Shown in pieces: positions 10,121 through 20,644 of a stretch of DNA of 64,000 nt. The DNA comes from an uncultured delta proteobacterium. Its GTDB lineage: Bacteria; Myxococcota_A; Polyangia; Fen-1088. Position 1 is the stretch's first letter. Each line of letters begins with the position of its first letter. Under the pieces are notes generated by a model. The model searched no databases. It worked only from the letters and a program-made list of their open reading frames with translations, and had not been told where the DNA came from. The position numbers were made by a program, and so were the translations under genes. Location of the stretch: contig CAVWIP010000008.1 in the NCBI GenBank assembly GCA_963755125.1, positions 32,001 to 96,000 on the forward strand, given 5' to 3'.

Positions 10121-12757
10121 CTACTCCAAGGTCGCCTTGAGCGCGCGGTAATCGGTCTTGCCGGTCCCCAGAACCGGCAGCGTCTCCATACGCACCACGC
10201 GCCGGATGTTGTGCAAGGGGGAGAGCCCCGCTTCACGCAGGCAGCGGTTGGCCGTCTCGCGATCGATGTCCAGACTGGTGAAGAGAACCAACTCGGGGTG
10301 TTCCTCGTCGGGTGTGCATTCCACCGCCAGGCTCGGCCCATCGCCCTGACCAGGGGACACCCACTTGGCCTCGAGCGCGGTCTCGACCGCGGCCAGCGGG
10401 ATCATCTCACCGCCGATCTTCACGAAACGCTTGAGCCGCCCGCAGAAGGTGAGAACGCCGTCGTTGTCCTCGCAAACCAGGTCGCCGGTGCGGTACCATT
10501 GCTTGCCGGCAAACGACACGAAGGGCGACGGACCGTCGTACTTGAGATACCCGCGGAAGATACTCGGCCCGCGCACCAGCAGCATGCCGCGCTGACCGCA
10601 GGGCGTGGGCTTGCCGCACTCGGCGTCCACGATGGCGTGCTCCACCGACGGCAGGGGCAAGCCAATGGTCTCGCGCCGCGGTCGCTGGGGCCGATTGACC
10701 GACACGATGGGCGAGCACTCGGTGATGCCGTAGCCCTCGATGACCACCAGTTCGGGACACGCGCCGGCCAGGGCATCGTAGACATGGGGTGGGCACTTCT
10801 CGGCGCCGGCAATCGCCAAACGCAAGCTTGAAAGCTGCCCCGGCTGGGCGGCACGCACAATGCCGGCCAGAAAAGTGGGCGTGCCCACCAGCAGCGTGGC
10901 CCGGTACGCTTCGATGAGAGAAGCCAAGGTGGCGCTATCGTTGGGGTTGACGTGGTACACCGTACGCAGACCGCAGAGCAGCGGCAACAGCAGGTCGACG
11001 GTTAGCCCGAAGGAATGGAACGGCGGCAGGATGCCCAGGAGAGCCTCCTCGGGGCGAAGCGGAATGACCGCGAGCGCGTCGCGGATGTTGGTCAGCAGAT
11101 TGCTCTGGGTCAGGGGCACCGCCTTGGGCACGCTCTCGGAGCCGCTGGTGAAGAGCACGGCAGCCACTTCTGGCGCGCGCGCCTCCTCCAGCGGGCCGAT
11201 GAGGCCCATGCGCGCGCGCAACGCCGCGAGCAACTTGCCGGGAAGCGAGAATTGCTTGACGACATCGTCCAGGTAGACCAGCCGCCGCAGGAATCCCGGG
11301 GTGCTGGCAAAACCGTCCGATTCCAGGCGGCTGACCAGCGCGCGGGCGGTCACCACAGTACGGACATCGAGCAGATCCAGTCCGTGCAGCACGCCGCGCG
11401 GCCCGGTGGTCCAGTTGATCATGACCGGCGTCTTGCCGGCGAACAGCGCGGCCAGGGTGGCCACGGCAGCGGCGACCGAGGCGGGCAGCATGATGCCGAC
11501 GAAGGGACCGGGCATGCGGGCGAAGACCGGCCGCAAGAGCAAGAGCGCCGCGACCAGATCGCGATAGCTGCGCACCCCCCTCTGCTGGTCCGCGATGACC
11601 ACCTGGCTGGGATGCCGACGAGCCATGTCCAGAAACACCGCGGTCAGGCTGTCACCCGCCGGCATGGTCGGCGGCGCGGTGGCGTTTCTCGCAGCGGTGG
11701 ACCAGGCGTGCGCCACCGGCCGGGGCTCGGCCGCGGCCTTGCCCACCGTCTCGCCCACCGCCGCGCGCATCACGTCTCCCACCGTCTCGATGGCGTCCAC
11801 CTCGGGCTGGGGAAAACCGAACTCGCTTTCGATCCAAGCCTGGATCTCGACGCGCACCAAACTGTCCAGACCCAGATCGTGGGCCAGACGCTGGCCTTCG
11901 TGGATCTCGCGCACGCCGGTGATGTGGCGCAGATACTCCAGCACCGTGTCGCGCGTGGCTGGCGGGATCCGGCGCGCCACGCCTGGCTCGGCGCTGCTCA
12001 CCGGCTCGGGCAGCCAGCGCACCCCGCCGCCCTCCCACAGAGAATAGGGCACGTAGGTGCTTCCGCCCGCGTTGCGGTTGTAGAAGTCTTCCAGATAGCG
12101 ATTGAGCACCACCCGGTCCGCGGCGCGCGGCAGGTCGTCGGGCTCGACCACGTCGATGGCCACGTGGCGGCGAGGCGCGAGAAAGAGGCCGCTCTTGACC
12201 AGACCCCACAGGCCCCGGCGCAGGGCGCGCAGGACCTCGGGTGGCTTGCCCGAGGCGCGACTGAAACTGGAGCCCCACAGCCCGGCGGTGCGCACCAACA
12301 CCACGCGCACCTCGGGCACCGCGCGCAGCAACTGCTCGACCGCGCTGTTGCCGCCCAGATCTTCGCGGCGCTGGCGATACACGCGGCCCGCGGGATAGAG
12401 CAACAACGCTTCACCCTGGCGCAAAACCGTGGCGCTCGCTTCGATCATGGATTCCACCTGCTCGCGGGCGCCGCGACCATCGCGGGTCATGTCCGCGATC
12501 TCGAGAGCCCGCGCCCGCCGCGCCAAGAAGTGAATTCCAGGCCGCCGGGCCTGGGCGCGATCCGCCAGTACGCGCGGCCGGAAGCGCGGCCAGAGCACGG
12601 CCATTAGGATGATGGGGTCGATGAGCGCCGGGTGATTGGCCAGAAACAAGATCCCGCGACCGTCAGGAGGGACGATGCCATCCATGCCTCGCACGCGAAT
12701 GCGGTAACGCAACCAGAGCAAGCAACGGATGAGGAGACGTAGGAAGCGGTTGAGCAT
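10121..12757 (-). CDS. Aas-like fusion: PlsC acyltransferase + ACP + AMP-dependent acyl ligase
   Basis: NHPALID (HX4D), YPAG; DLGLDSL carrier Ser; FTSGSESVPK, EGYGITE, YRTGD, GRLKRF, GTGK. Confidence 0.9.
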   Translation of the reverse strand: MLNRFLRLLIRCLLWLRYRIRVRGMDGIVPPDGRGILFLANHPALIDPIILMAVLWPRFRPRVLADRAQARRPGIHFLARRARALEIADMTRDGRGAREQVESMIEASATVLRQGEALLLYPAGRVYRQRREDLGGNSAVEQLLRAVPEVRVVLVRTAGLWGSSFSRASGKPPEVLRALRRGLWGLVKSGLFLAPRRHVAIDVVEPDDLPRAADRVVLNRYLEDFYNRNAGGSTYVPYSLWEGGGVRWLPEPVSSAEPGVARRIPPATRDTVLEYLRHITGVREIHEGQRLAHDLGLDSLVRVEIQAWIESEFGFPQPEVDAIETVGDVMRAAVGETVGKAAAEPRPVAHAWSTAARNATAPPTMPAGDSLTAVFLDMARRHPSQVVIADQQRGVRSYRDLVAALLLLRPVFARMPGPFVGIMLPASVAAAVATLAALFAGKTPVMINWTTGPRGVLHGLDLLDVRTVVTARALVSRLESDGFASTPGFLRRLVYLDDVVKQFSLPGKLLAALRARMGLIGPLEEARAPEVAAVLFTSGSESVPKAVPLTQSNLLTNIRDALAVIPLRPEEALLGILPPFHSFGLTVDLLLPLLCGLRTVYHVNPNDSATLASLIEAYRATLLVGTPTFLAGIVRAAQPGQLSSLRLAIAGAEKCPPHVYDALAGACPELVVIEGYGITECSPIVSVNRPQRPRRETIGLPLPSVEHAIVDAECGKPTPCGQRGMLLVRGPSIFRGYLKYDGPSPFVSFAGKQWYRTGDLVCEDNDGVLTFCGRLKRFVKIGGEMIPLAAVETALEAKWVSPGQGDGPSLAVECTPDEEHPELVLFTSLDIDRETANRCLREAGLSPLHNIRRVVRMETLPVLGTGKTDYRALKATLE

Positions 12758-12945
12758 GGCCGTCGTGCCGGCGCAGTATATCGCCTCCCGGACGTCTTCG
12801 GGCTATCGGGCTGTGCCGGGGTGAACGGGTCTCGCCACCATCGGTCCCTGCGGCACGGCCGATCTCGGCTCCACCGCGAACTCTGCCTCGCGAAGGCGTC
12901 CGGCCAAGTGGCGAGAAGCTGTGGCACCCATGCAGCGGAATGGGC

Positions 12946-13029
12946 TCCCAGGTCGACGGCGCGATCGCGATCGATGTTGATGGCCACCTCGGGCTTGCCA
13001 CCCCTGGAGGGAGACATCCAGGTGGACGG
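12946..13029 (-). pseudogene. Short relic resembling an AcrB/RND permease segment
   Basis: VHLDVS then (frameshift) RGGKPEVAINIDRDRAVDLG, like the periplasmic segment of RND permeases. Confidence 0.5.
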
Positions 13030-13070
13030 ACTTTTCCCCACGACCGCCGTCCAGCGATCCCCTTGGCGGC

Positions 13071-13799
13071 TCATGCTCGGCGAGAAGCAAATGGCGCGCT
13101 TATCAGTATGCGGCTATCGCCTCTGCTGACGACTTGGCACCCAGGGAAGACCCCAGCAAGAAGCGCCCTAACGTCTTCCCATTTGTGCTTGTCGCCTTCA
13201 ATGTAGTTGAAGGCCAGCACGCCGCCAACTGCGAGACTATCCCGGCACTGTTTCAAGAAAAGCGGAGTCGTTACGAAGTCAGGAACTGCTCTGCCCTTGA
13301 ATACGTCAACAAACACCAGGTCGTACTTGCGTCCATTCTGCGCCATGAAGGACTCGGCGTCGTCACACACGGGCTCTATCCTCGACGAGTTCCCTTCGCC
13401 CAGGATCTCCAGCGCCCACCCGAGTACCGTCTTGTCCTTTTCGACCAGCGTGAAGCGTGGGTCGTATCCTCGTGTACGCATCACATGCACGATGCTCCCG
13501 AGGCCAGATCCGAGCACGAGCACGCTCTTTGCTGCTGGCAGGAACTCTCTCAGGTGTCTTGCCACCGCTACGGCCGGGAAATAGCGATCGCCGTCGGAGT
13601 AGAGGGCACCAGCGGTGAGGAGCTGGAATTGATTGCGGTACAAGAGCAGCTCAAGCCAACCACTGATATCGCTTAGCGACCGCATCAGCGATACCGGTTG
13701 GAAGTAGCTTAGCACCTTCTGATGAAACGGGATGTGAATGATTGACCTGCCGCCTGTGAATCGTCGTTGGTCCGGGGCACATATCCCTTGAATGGGCAT
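13071..13799 (-). CDS. Class I SAM-dependent methyltransferase (spermidine-synthase-like)
   Basis: VLVLGSGLGS, VEKD, DDAESF, YDLVFVDVF, GGVLAFN; start codon uncertain. Confidence 0.8.
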   Translation of the reverse strand: MPIQGICAPDQRRFTGGRSIIHIPFHQKVLSYFQPVSLMRSLSDISGWLELLLYRNQFQLLTAGALYSDGDRYFPAVAVARHLREFLPAAKSVLVLGSGLGSIVHVMRTRGYDPRFTLVEKDKTVLGWALEILGEGNSSRIEPVCDDAESFMAQNGRKYDLVFVDVFKGRAVPDFVTTPLFLKQCRDSLAVGGVLAFNYIEGDKHKWEDVRALLAGVFPGCQVVSRGDSRILISAPFASRRA

Positions 13800-13989
13800 T
13801 TCCACGCTGCGCGCCGAGCACCGCTCCCACTGAAGTATCATCCCGCGAGCGCAAGCAGGTCAACCTACACTGCGCTGATCTACGACGCGACTGCCCCTTC
13901 GATACTGCCTAAAGAAACGGACCGCCATACGAAAATTTGAACTATGATGGTCCGCTTGCAGATCCGACAACCATTATCGAGGGAACAGT

Positions 13990-16944
13990 ATGATGTCCCG
14001 ACTGTTTCATGGATTTACGATTCTAGCTGGCTTGTGCGCGATGGCGTTGGTCGTCGGCTGCGGCGGATCGAGCGGCGCAAAGGTCACCTGCGACGGAGGT
14101 ACTTGCGGCGATGCCACGCCGGGTGCGTCGAGCGACGTCGCCCTCCCCGACACCCAGGCCGCCAACCCCGATGCGCTTGTCGGCCCCGGTGTCGACGCAA
14201 CCCTGGCCGACGTGACCCCGGGAGAAGCGGCGGCTCCCGTCGACACGAACAGTTCGCAGGACGCCACAAGCCCCGGTGATGCTCAGTTCGACAGTCCGAT
14301 TCCCAATCCCCCACTGCTTGACGCCGCGGCAGACGCACCCTTGGGCGGCGCCGACGGGCAGTCGCAAGCCACCGGGGGAACTGGCGGAGGCGGCGTGGAT
14401 GGCAGCGGCGGGACGGACGCCGAGCCGGCAGGCCTGATACCCGGCTACACGGCGCCGTGGTCGGGCTCTGGCGATCCCGCGGCCGGCACCACGGCAGAGT
14501 TGGTGACGGTGACCTCTGCGTCCAGCACCGACACCCCGCTCTACACACTGACGGGCACCTCGACTGCCGGGGTGACCACCATCCACATGGAGCACGATGG
14601 TGCGAGCGTGGATGTCGTGCCCCAAGGCGGCGCCTTCAGTTCACAGGTTACCCTGGATCCCGGCGTGAACGACATCTATCTGGTCGTCGACAATGGCGAC
14701 GGCCCGCTCCCACCGCTGCACGTTGTTGTGGTGCTAGTCACAGGCAATCCTTCGAGCGTCGATCTCATCGAGGCGGCCCTGGCCGCCGGCAGCATCACGG
14801 CCGAGCAGGCCCTCGAGTACGAGGTCTTCGCCGCCTTTGGCGACCCGCGCCTGCCTGCTGCGCTGACAGGCGACGACAGCCTCCTGTTACCCGAGCCTAT
14901 AATGGCGGCCGTGGAGCAGGCCGCTCCGACGCTTTCGGATGACGCCCAGGACGTCATCGGCCCATTTCTCGCCCCCGATTTCTACCAGGGCAGCGCCTAT
15001 GAGCAGCGAACCCAGTCGAACCAGCACGCTCACGGCTTGAGCTACATCTGCAACCCATTGCGCGCGCTCTCTGACTGCCTGGTGAGCAGCAACTGGACCT
15101 ACTTCGATGGCACGCGCGTTCGTGTGTGGTACGAAAAGGGACGTTCGGCGCAGACCGTTGCCGGCAACAGCTTCGACGGAAATTCTGATCTCGCTGCGGC
15201 GACGGCTGTGGTCTTGGCCATAGAATCACCGGGCAGTGGTGCCTGGGACACACTGTCGGCACTCATGGGCGCAACCCCCATGTCCGATGCCAACCAGAGT
15301 TACAACGGCGGCGACGGCAAGCTCGACGTCCTGCTCGTCGATATGGTGGGCGATGGTCTCACCACGCCCAATAACGGCAATGGCGACGTCAACAAGCAGA
15401 CCCCCGTGTTCATCCGCCTCAACCGCAACAAGAGCGTCAACAACATTCTCGGCGCCGCGGTACACGAGTTCATGCACGCGATTCAGTATGCGCTGCCACT
15501 CTCCGGTGGCTCGCCGACGGCCTACCTGACCCTCATGGAGGCGACCGCGACGTGGGCCACCAACCGAGTCCTCCCCACCAACGATTGGGAGCACCAGTAC
15601 GACTGGGCCTATTTCCAGGCGACCGACCGCAAGCTGGTTTCCGTCACAGATCCCTTGAAAGACCGCTTTCCCTACGGCGCGTGGGTCTTCTTTCTATACT
15701 TGTCCCAGCGCCTCGGCGATGCCGCCATCGCCAACCTGTGGCAAGGTGCGGCCGGCAACACCGACCAGCTGGCAATCCTCGCCAACACCATCGCTGCGTT
15801 GGGCCCGGACAATGACAGCAAAGACCCCGCCAAACTCTGGCAGGACTTCGGCGTCAATCTGTGGAACGGCGCTCCCACCAACTACTTCAAGAATCTCGAT
15901 CGCATCCCCGATCAACCGACGACCAACGGGGGCGACCAACCGGTCGCGTTGGGCACGAGCGGCATCGGCTCCGGCACCTTCGACGTCGGCATTCCCACCT
16001 TCTCAACGCGCTACTTTAGTCTTCTCTTCAACGACGCCAACGTAAGGACGCTGCTCTTTCTCAACGGCATGAACTTCAATCTCACGACCGCGGCCCAGAT
16101 AATCCCCGTCGCGGGGACGAGCCCCGTCACCTGCCCGGCGGCCCTTCCGCCTCCCAATGCCAACAAGGCAAAGACGGCGTATCTGTCGGTCGTCCCCAAA
16201 CGCGACGGCACCTGGAGCGCGCCCGAGAACTGGACCACCAAGTTCGCCAATGGCTACAGCTTGAGCTGCCGCGACGACACATCGGGCGTGCTCAATTAGC
16301 TCGTGCTGGTCGCCTCGTACGCCGACGCCACGGACCAGAGCCCGTTTGCTTGTCCGGGCAACCAGCCCACCCTGAGCTACAGCTCGTCTTTTTGCGCGCG
16401 CGCCACTGGCTTCGCGTCCCTCAGCCAGCCACGCAACGGCATCAACTGGACCCTCGACACCACGAACTTCGCTTGGACGAAAGCTGCCGATCTCGCTTCA
16501 GCGCTGCCGACGGGCGGCTACGCGATTTGCGGCAATGCCCTCGATCTCTCGGCCGGGCAGATCGCCATGACGCGCATTGGCACCGAGAGCAATGGCTGCA
16601 CGGCCAACGTCAACCAAACCGAGCCGGCCCCGACGGGCGCCAACGAGTCGCGACTCAGTCTCTTCGACTTCGCGACCTCACTGGCCACGCGTTTCTATTC
16701 ATTCCAGGGCTTCGGCATCAACATCTACCGCGGCGGGCAGCCCATCCTCTACACCGGCACTTGCCAGTGTGCTGGCCAGGCTGCCACCATCTGCGATTGC
16801 ACCTCCGACTCCTTCTTGTTCAATACGCCGATGACCCAATCGGCCATTAACTACCTCATCCCGAACAGCGGCACCCTGACGGGCTCGGGCGCATCCATGG
16901 CGGTGGCGGGCACTGGCGCGTGGTCGGTTTCACCGACGCCCTGA
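13990..16944 (+). CDS. Large lipoprotein with HEXXH zinc-metalloprotease-like domain, interrupted by in-frame TAG at 16297-16299
   Basis: Lipobox VVGC; HEFMHAIQY...EATATW; PYGAWVF; reading frame continues directly after the TAG (VLN*LVLVASY) to TGA 16944. Confidence 0.7.
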
Positions 16945-17086
16945 GGCTCATCAGTGCATCACGGCGGCGCACGAAGACCTTCCAGAAAATCGCGTGCACA
17001 GCGGCGGCATAGCGGTGTTCTCTTCCACCGGGTGAGCAACAGGAATGGCGTGCCTTTCTTCGGGCTGTCGTAACATGGGATCCATC

Positions 17087-18622
17087 ATGCGCACGATCAC
17101 TGCCATTACCTTGTGCACCACTGCTCTCATCGCGACCGGACTGCTGGCCCAACCAGCCAACCAGCCGCCGGCCGGCAAACCGCGTCCCGCCCGCCACTAC
17201 GAGGGCCTGATGACCTGGGAGGTGCGCGACGCCGACACCGGCGCGCCCATCCCGTGCAAGCTGACCTTCGTGGGCGTCGAGGGCACGCGCGACCCCGAGT
17301 TCACCCACAATGACATCGGCAAGCCCGAGGGCGACCTGGCCATCGCCGCCTACCATCGCGTGTTCTCCGCCTCGGGTGACGGTGCCGTGCGGGTACCACC
17401 GGGCACCTACGACATCTACGTCAGCCGCGGCCTGGAGTGGGACGTGGCGGTGGTGCGCAAGTTCAAGATCACTTCCGAGGGCGCCGATCTGGTGGCCCAG
17501 TTGCACCATGTGATCGACTCGCACGGCTGGTATTCGGCCGACTTTCACGTCCATGCCGCGCCCTCGCCGGATTCCATCGTGCCCCTGCCCCATCGGGTGA
17601 TCGAATTCATCGCCGATGGCGTCGACATGCTCACCTCCACTGACCACAACGCGGTCACTGACTACGCACCCACCATCAAGGCGCTCGGCGTGGGCAACCT
17701 CATCAGCACCATCATTGGTGACGAGATCACCACCGCCTCGTGGGGGCATTTCGGCGCCTTCCCGTTGCCTCAGGATGTGGCGCGCGCGGGCCACGGCGCG
17801 GTGCTGACCCACGGCCGCACGCCCAAAGACATCTTCGAGGACGTACACACCCATGCGCCGGGCGCGGTCATCGATGTACACCACCCACGCCTCGATCCGA
17901 CCTGCGGATACTTCATCATCGGGGAATTCGACCCGCACGTGGACCGCGCGGGCAAGAAGGGTTTCTCGTTCGACTTCGACGCCATCGAGGTGCTCAACGG
18001 CTATCAGGATCCCGCCCGCCGCAGCGTGGACCGCATGATCGACGACTACCTGGGGTTGCTCAACCACGGGCACCTGGCCACCGCGACCGGAAACTCGGAC
18101 ACCCATCACCTCACCTTCAACATGGGCGGCTATCCGCGCAACTACCTGCGGGTGCCCGACGACCGCATCGGGCACGTCACCCCGCAGGACGTGGCGCAGG
18201 CGGTGCGCGCCCACCACGTCTTCTTCACCACCGGTCCTTTCGTGCGCATGCACGCGGGCCAGGCCGACATCGGCGATCTGGTTGCCGCGCCCGGCGGTTA
18301 CGCCCGCGTGGACATCGAGGTCGACGCCGCGCCCTGGGTGTCAGTCGACCGGGTGATCCTCTACGTGAACGGCAAGGAGGCCCAGCGCTGGGCCGTGCCG
18401 CCCAGTCAGAAGGTGGCGCGGTTTCGCGCCAGTCACAACCTCACGCTGGCCGCCGACGGCTACGCCCTGTTGCGCGTCGACGGCAACGAACTGCTGGCGC
18501 CAGTGGTGGGCGACAGGAAGACCTTCGGCGTCTACCCGCTGGCGCTCAGCAATCCCATCTTCTTCGACGTGAACAACAACGGCCGCTACGATCCCGCCTA
18601 TCAGCACGGCGAGAAACACTGA
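17087..18622 (+). CDS. Secreted PHP-domain metallohydrolase (CehA/McbA-like)
   Basis: Signal peptide; DFHVH, STDHN, GDEIT, GHFGAFP, HHPR, EVLNG, NSDTH. Confidence 0.85.
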   Translation: MRTITAITLCTTALIATGLLAQPANQPPAGKPRPARHYEGLMTWEVRDADTGAPIPCKLTFVGVEGTRDPEFTHNDIGKPEGDLAIAAYHRVFSASGDGAVRVPPGTYDIYVSRGLEWDVAVVRKFKITSEGADLVAQLHHVIDSHGWYSADFHVHAAPSPDSIVPLPHRVIEFIADGVDMLTSTDHNAVTDYAPTIKALGVGNLISTIIGDEITTASWGHFGAFPLPQDVARAGHGAVLTHGRTPKDIFEDVHTHAPGAVIDVHHPRLDPTCGYFIIGEFDPHVDRAGKKGFSFDFDAIEVLNGYQDPARRSVDRMIDDYLGLLNHGHLATATGNSDTHHLTFNMGGYPRNYLRVPDDRIGHVTPQDVAQAVRAHHVFFTTGPFVRMHAGQADIGDLVAAPGGYARVDIEVDAAPWVSVDRVILYVNGKEAQRWAVPPSQKVARFRASHNLTLAADGYALLRVDGNELLAPVVGDRKTFGVYPLALSNPIFFDVNNNGRYDPAYQHGEKH

Positions 18623-18675
18623 CACCACGACATCAGAAGTTCCTCTGCGGCAGAACCCTGGCACTCTGAGCCCCA

Positions 18676-19227
18676 ATGACGGACCATGTTCGCGCCCCGA
18701 TTCTGTGGTTCACCGGTCGGCCAGCCGCCGGCAAGAGCACCTTGGCGGCGGCACTGCGTCCGACCCTGCAGGCCCGCTGGCCGGTGGAAATCCTCGATGG
18801 CGACGAAGTCAGACGCTGGCTGTCCGACGAGCTGGGGTTCTCTCGCGCCGATCGCGACCGCAACATCGCCCGCATCGCCCAGGTGGCCTGCCTGCTGGCT
18901 CGCAATGGCGTGGCCGTGCTGGTGGCGGCCGTCTCACCCTACGCGGCTGCGCGGGCGCAAGCGCGGGCGTTGGCCGAAAACCAGGCCGTTCCCTTCTTCG
19001 AGATCTTTGTCAGCGCGCCCCTGGCTGTCCTGATCCAGCGTGACCCCAAGGGCATGTACCAGCGTGCCCAGGCCGGCCAGATTCCGAACTTCACCGGCAT
19101 CAACGATCCCTACGAGGAACCAGAACACCCGGACCTGGTCATCCACACCGACACCGAGCCGGTCGCGACGAGCGCAGGCCGCGTGGTGACGGGCCTGCGC
19201 GCGCGCGGACTACTGAGGGGTATTTAA
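18676..19227 (+). CDS. cysC: Adenylyl-sulfate (APS) kinase
   Basis: WFTGRPAAGKST, LDGDEVR, GFSRADRDRN, RDPKGMY, FTGINDPYEEP. Confidence 0.95.
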   Translation: MTDHVRAPILWFTGRPAAGKSTLAAALRPTLQARWPVEILDGDEVRRWLSDELGFSRADRDRNIARIAQVACLLARNGVAVLVAAVSPYAAARAQARALAENQAVPFFEIFVSAPLAVLIQRDPKGMYQRAQAGQIPNFTGINDPYEEPEHPDLVIHTDTEPVATSAGRVVTGLRARGLLRGI

Positions 19228-19462
19228 CACTACTGGTTGGGCTCGCGTGCTGCGGTCACCTCTCCGCACACACGGCGAGCGGGTGCGGCCCGGGCGCCAG
19301 CCTCTCGATGCCGGCGCATGGGGCCTTCAACTCAACTGACCACCCATGGCCTCCACCTCCAGGACATCGAGATGGGTGAGCGCCGTCACGCTCCTGCATT
19401 GTCAGCACGAATTGCCGGTGCACCGCCATTGAAAATTTCCTCGGCGCGCATACCCTTGCCCG

Positions 19463-20311
19463 ATGCCAGGCGCGCGGCGCTCGTGGATCAACCCCGCCTA
19501 TCTTGCGGCGGTAGCACTCGGCTGTGCCCTGCTGGTGGCCGCAGGCGTGTACGTGCCGCGCACCTCGCTCTTCGCCATCTCGCTGGCGGCTTTCATGTGC
19601 GAGTTCGTGGACAGTGCGTTCGGCATGGGTTTCGGAACCATGTTGGCGCCACTCTTGCTGGTGGCGGGATTTTCGCCCACCGATGTGGTGCCTGTGATCC
19701 TGGTGTCGGAGCTGCTCACGGGGTTTGGCGCGGCCTTCTTCCACGCCAAGGATGAGAACGTTTCCTTCGCCCGCGGCTCCAAACCCCTGTCAGCCGGGAT
19801 CTTGCTTTCCATCGGCAGCGTGCTCGGCGTGTTCATCGGCGCACCCGTGTTCCTCAAGTCCTCGACCCGGCTTCTGACCCTGTTCATCGGCGTCATCATC
19901 ACGATTTCGGGCGTTGCCATCTTCTACTGCCTCGACCACGCGTTTCGCTATCGCCGGGCCGGGGTCTTCACCCTGGCCACCATCGCCGCGTTCAACAAGA
20001 CCCTGAGCGGCGGCGGCTATGGGCCGCTCATGACCAGCGGCCAGCTCCTGGTCGGGGTGGAGGCCAAGGCCGCGGCCGCCATCACTTCCCTGTCCGAGGG
20101 CGTGACCTGTCTTTGCGCCAGCGCCATTTTCGTGGCCAGTCGGGGTCACTACAACCTGGACCTTCTCATCGCCGTTCTCACCGGGTCGCTCTTGGTTGTA
20201 CCCCTTGCCACCGGCTCGGTGCGCCGGCTGAACGAGCGCACCATGAAGAAGGGCATCGGCGTCGCCACGCTCATCCTCGGGTGCTGGACGGTCCTGAAGG
20301 CACTGCGCTAG
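19463..20311 (+). CDS. Sulfite exporter TauE/SafE family membrane protein
   Basis: DSAFGMGFGT, SGGGYGP, multiple TM helices. Confidence 0.85.
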   Translation: MPGARRSWINPAYLAAVALGCALLVAAGVYVPRTSLFAISLAAFMCEFVDSAFGMGFGTMLAPLLLVAGFSPTDVVPVILVSELLTGFGAAFFHAKDENVSFARGSKPLSAGILLSIGSVLGVFIGAPVFLKSSTRLLTLFIGVIITISGVAIFYCLDHAFRYRRAGVFTLATIAAFNKTLSGGGYGPLMTSGQLLVGVEAKAAAAITSLSEGVTCLCASAIFVASRGHYNLDLLIAVLTGSLLVVPLATGSVRRLNERTMKKGIGVATLILGCWTVLKALR

Positions 20312-20467
20312 AGCACCGAACGGTTTGACGGACCGAGTGAAATTGCGCAGTTGCGAGCGGCCCGAGGCGCGAGGAGGGAGAATACTCGACGTATTTGACC
20401 GACGAGCAACGAGGGGACGCGACGCAAATGGGCGATTTCACGACGGGAGGCAAACCGTTCGGTGCTC
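20311..20467. mobile_element. MITE/REP-like non-autonomous element with 17-bp perfect terminal inverted repeats
   Basis: GAGCACCGAACGGTTTG (20311-20327) and CAAACCGTTCGGTGCTC (20451-20467); inner imperfect arms extend the hairpin. Confidence 0.7.
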
Positions 20468-20644
20468 CAGAGGTGCGGGTGGATGGGCGCCCGCAGGTCG
20501 CCCCCATCTCTGCGGCCTCTGTGCCCTCTGGGTTCTCGGCCGCGGATGGCCTATCGGCTGAACGACCTCGCCGCTTGATGTCTCGCCCCGTCTCCAGCCC
20601 CGGCTGCAGTCCGTCGCGAATCTGCCGATGGTTGCTACTGCGCA

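Noticed and set aside
16297..16299. Pyrrolysine or genome-wide TAG recoding
   Set aside because: TAG ends conserved genes here at their normal positions (mglA, mglB, recR, clpB); no pyl genes in the window.
19330..19400. Minus-strand SVTALTHLDVLEVEA as a cNMP-domain relic
   Set aside because: Too short and weak to support without a search.
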